Source of the DNA: an uncultured Candidatus Saccharibacteria bacterium
GTDB taxonomy: Bacteria; Patescibacteriota; Minisyncoccia; Phycocordibacterales; CAIZLB01
Reading direction: 5' to 3'
DNA length: 63,650 nucleotides
Assembly (NCBI GenBank): GCA_964627085.1
Contig: CAZVIP010000001.1
Coordinates: forward strand, 104,114 to 167,763
The notes beneath the pieces are model-generated. The model saw only the letters and a program-made list of their open reading frames with translations, ran no database searches and was not told the origin of the DNA. Made by a program: the position numbers and the translations under genes. This document shows, piece after piece, positions 63,593 to 63,650 of this stretch (position 1 is its first letter; each line of letters begins with the position of its first letter).

Positions 63593-63650
63593 TCCCGCGT
63601 CACCTGCGAAGTGGTGAGTTTCATTTGTTCGCAAACAAACAGTTGGTTTC
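63593..63650 (+). repeat. trailer module T1, copy 2 (runs to the window edge)
   Basis: atcccgcgtcacctgcgaagtggtgagtttcatttgttcgcaaacaaacagttggttt. Confidence 0.8.

Overview
This is a 63.65-kb window of a low-GC bacterial chromosome. My hand counts of single 60-nt lines give about 38% GC in the backbone. The gene content is a compact housekeeping set, a PilMNO-type pilus module, very large repeat-rich surface proteins, fused glycosyltransferases and many small membrane proteins. By inference this fits a Patescibacteria/CPR-like organism. I can support about 65 protein genes, including ruvA, mutM, rpsT, a DEAD-box helicase, ruvX, rplS, folD, secE-nusG-(mazEF)-rplK, a tesA/ybbA/ybbP-like operon, a Kef-type antiporter and a VanY-type peptidase. 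I also support 7 tRNA genes and several hairpin terminators. No CRISPR array, rRNA, transposase, integrase or reverse transcriptase is visible.

The most unusual signal is non-coding. Directly downstream of tRNA-His and tRNA-Arg(UCU) lies a structured element of about 130 nt with five covarying helices. Two of the helices are built from a direct copy plus an inverted copy of the cognate tRNA 3' half. Rearranged relatives sit at tRNA-Ser and tRNA-Val. At the Arg locus there is a 'filled' and an 'empty' copy differing by a 92-nt insert, and together they bracket a GC-richer pheA gene. A GC-richer two-gene segment also follows the His element.

Other notable items:
- A canonical mini-intein/BIL (Hint) domain sits inside a secreted 1481-aa adhesin-like protein that also carries a peptidase-S74 self-cleaving chaperone domain. 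Two GT9 glycosyltransferase genes lie next to it.
- The secE-nusG-rplK cluster is interrupted by mazEF and is not followed by rplA.
- After rplK comes a GC-rich region of small genes separated by three families of reused non-coding modules, preceded by about 850 bp without ORFs.
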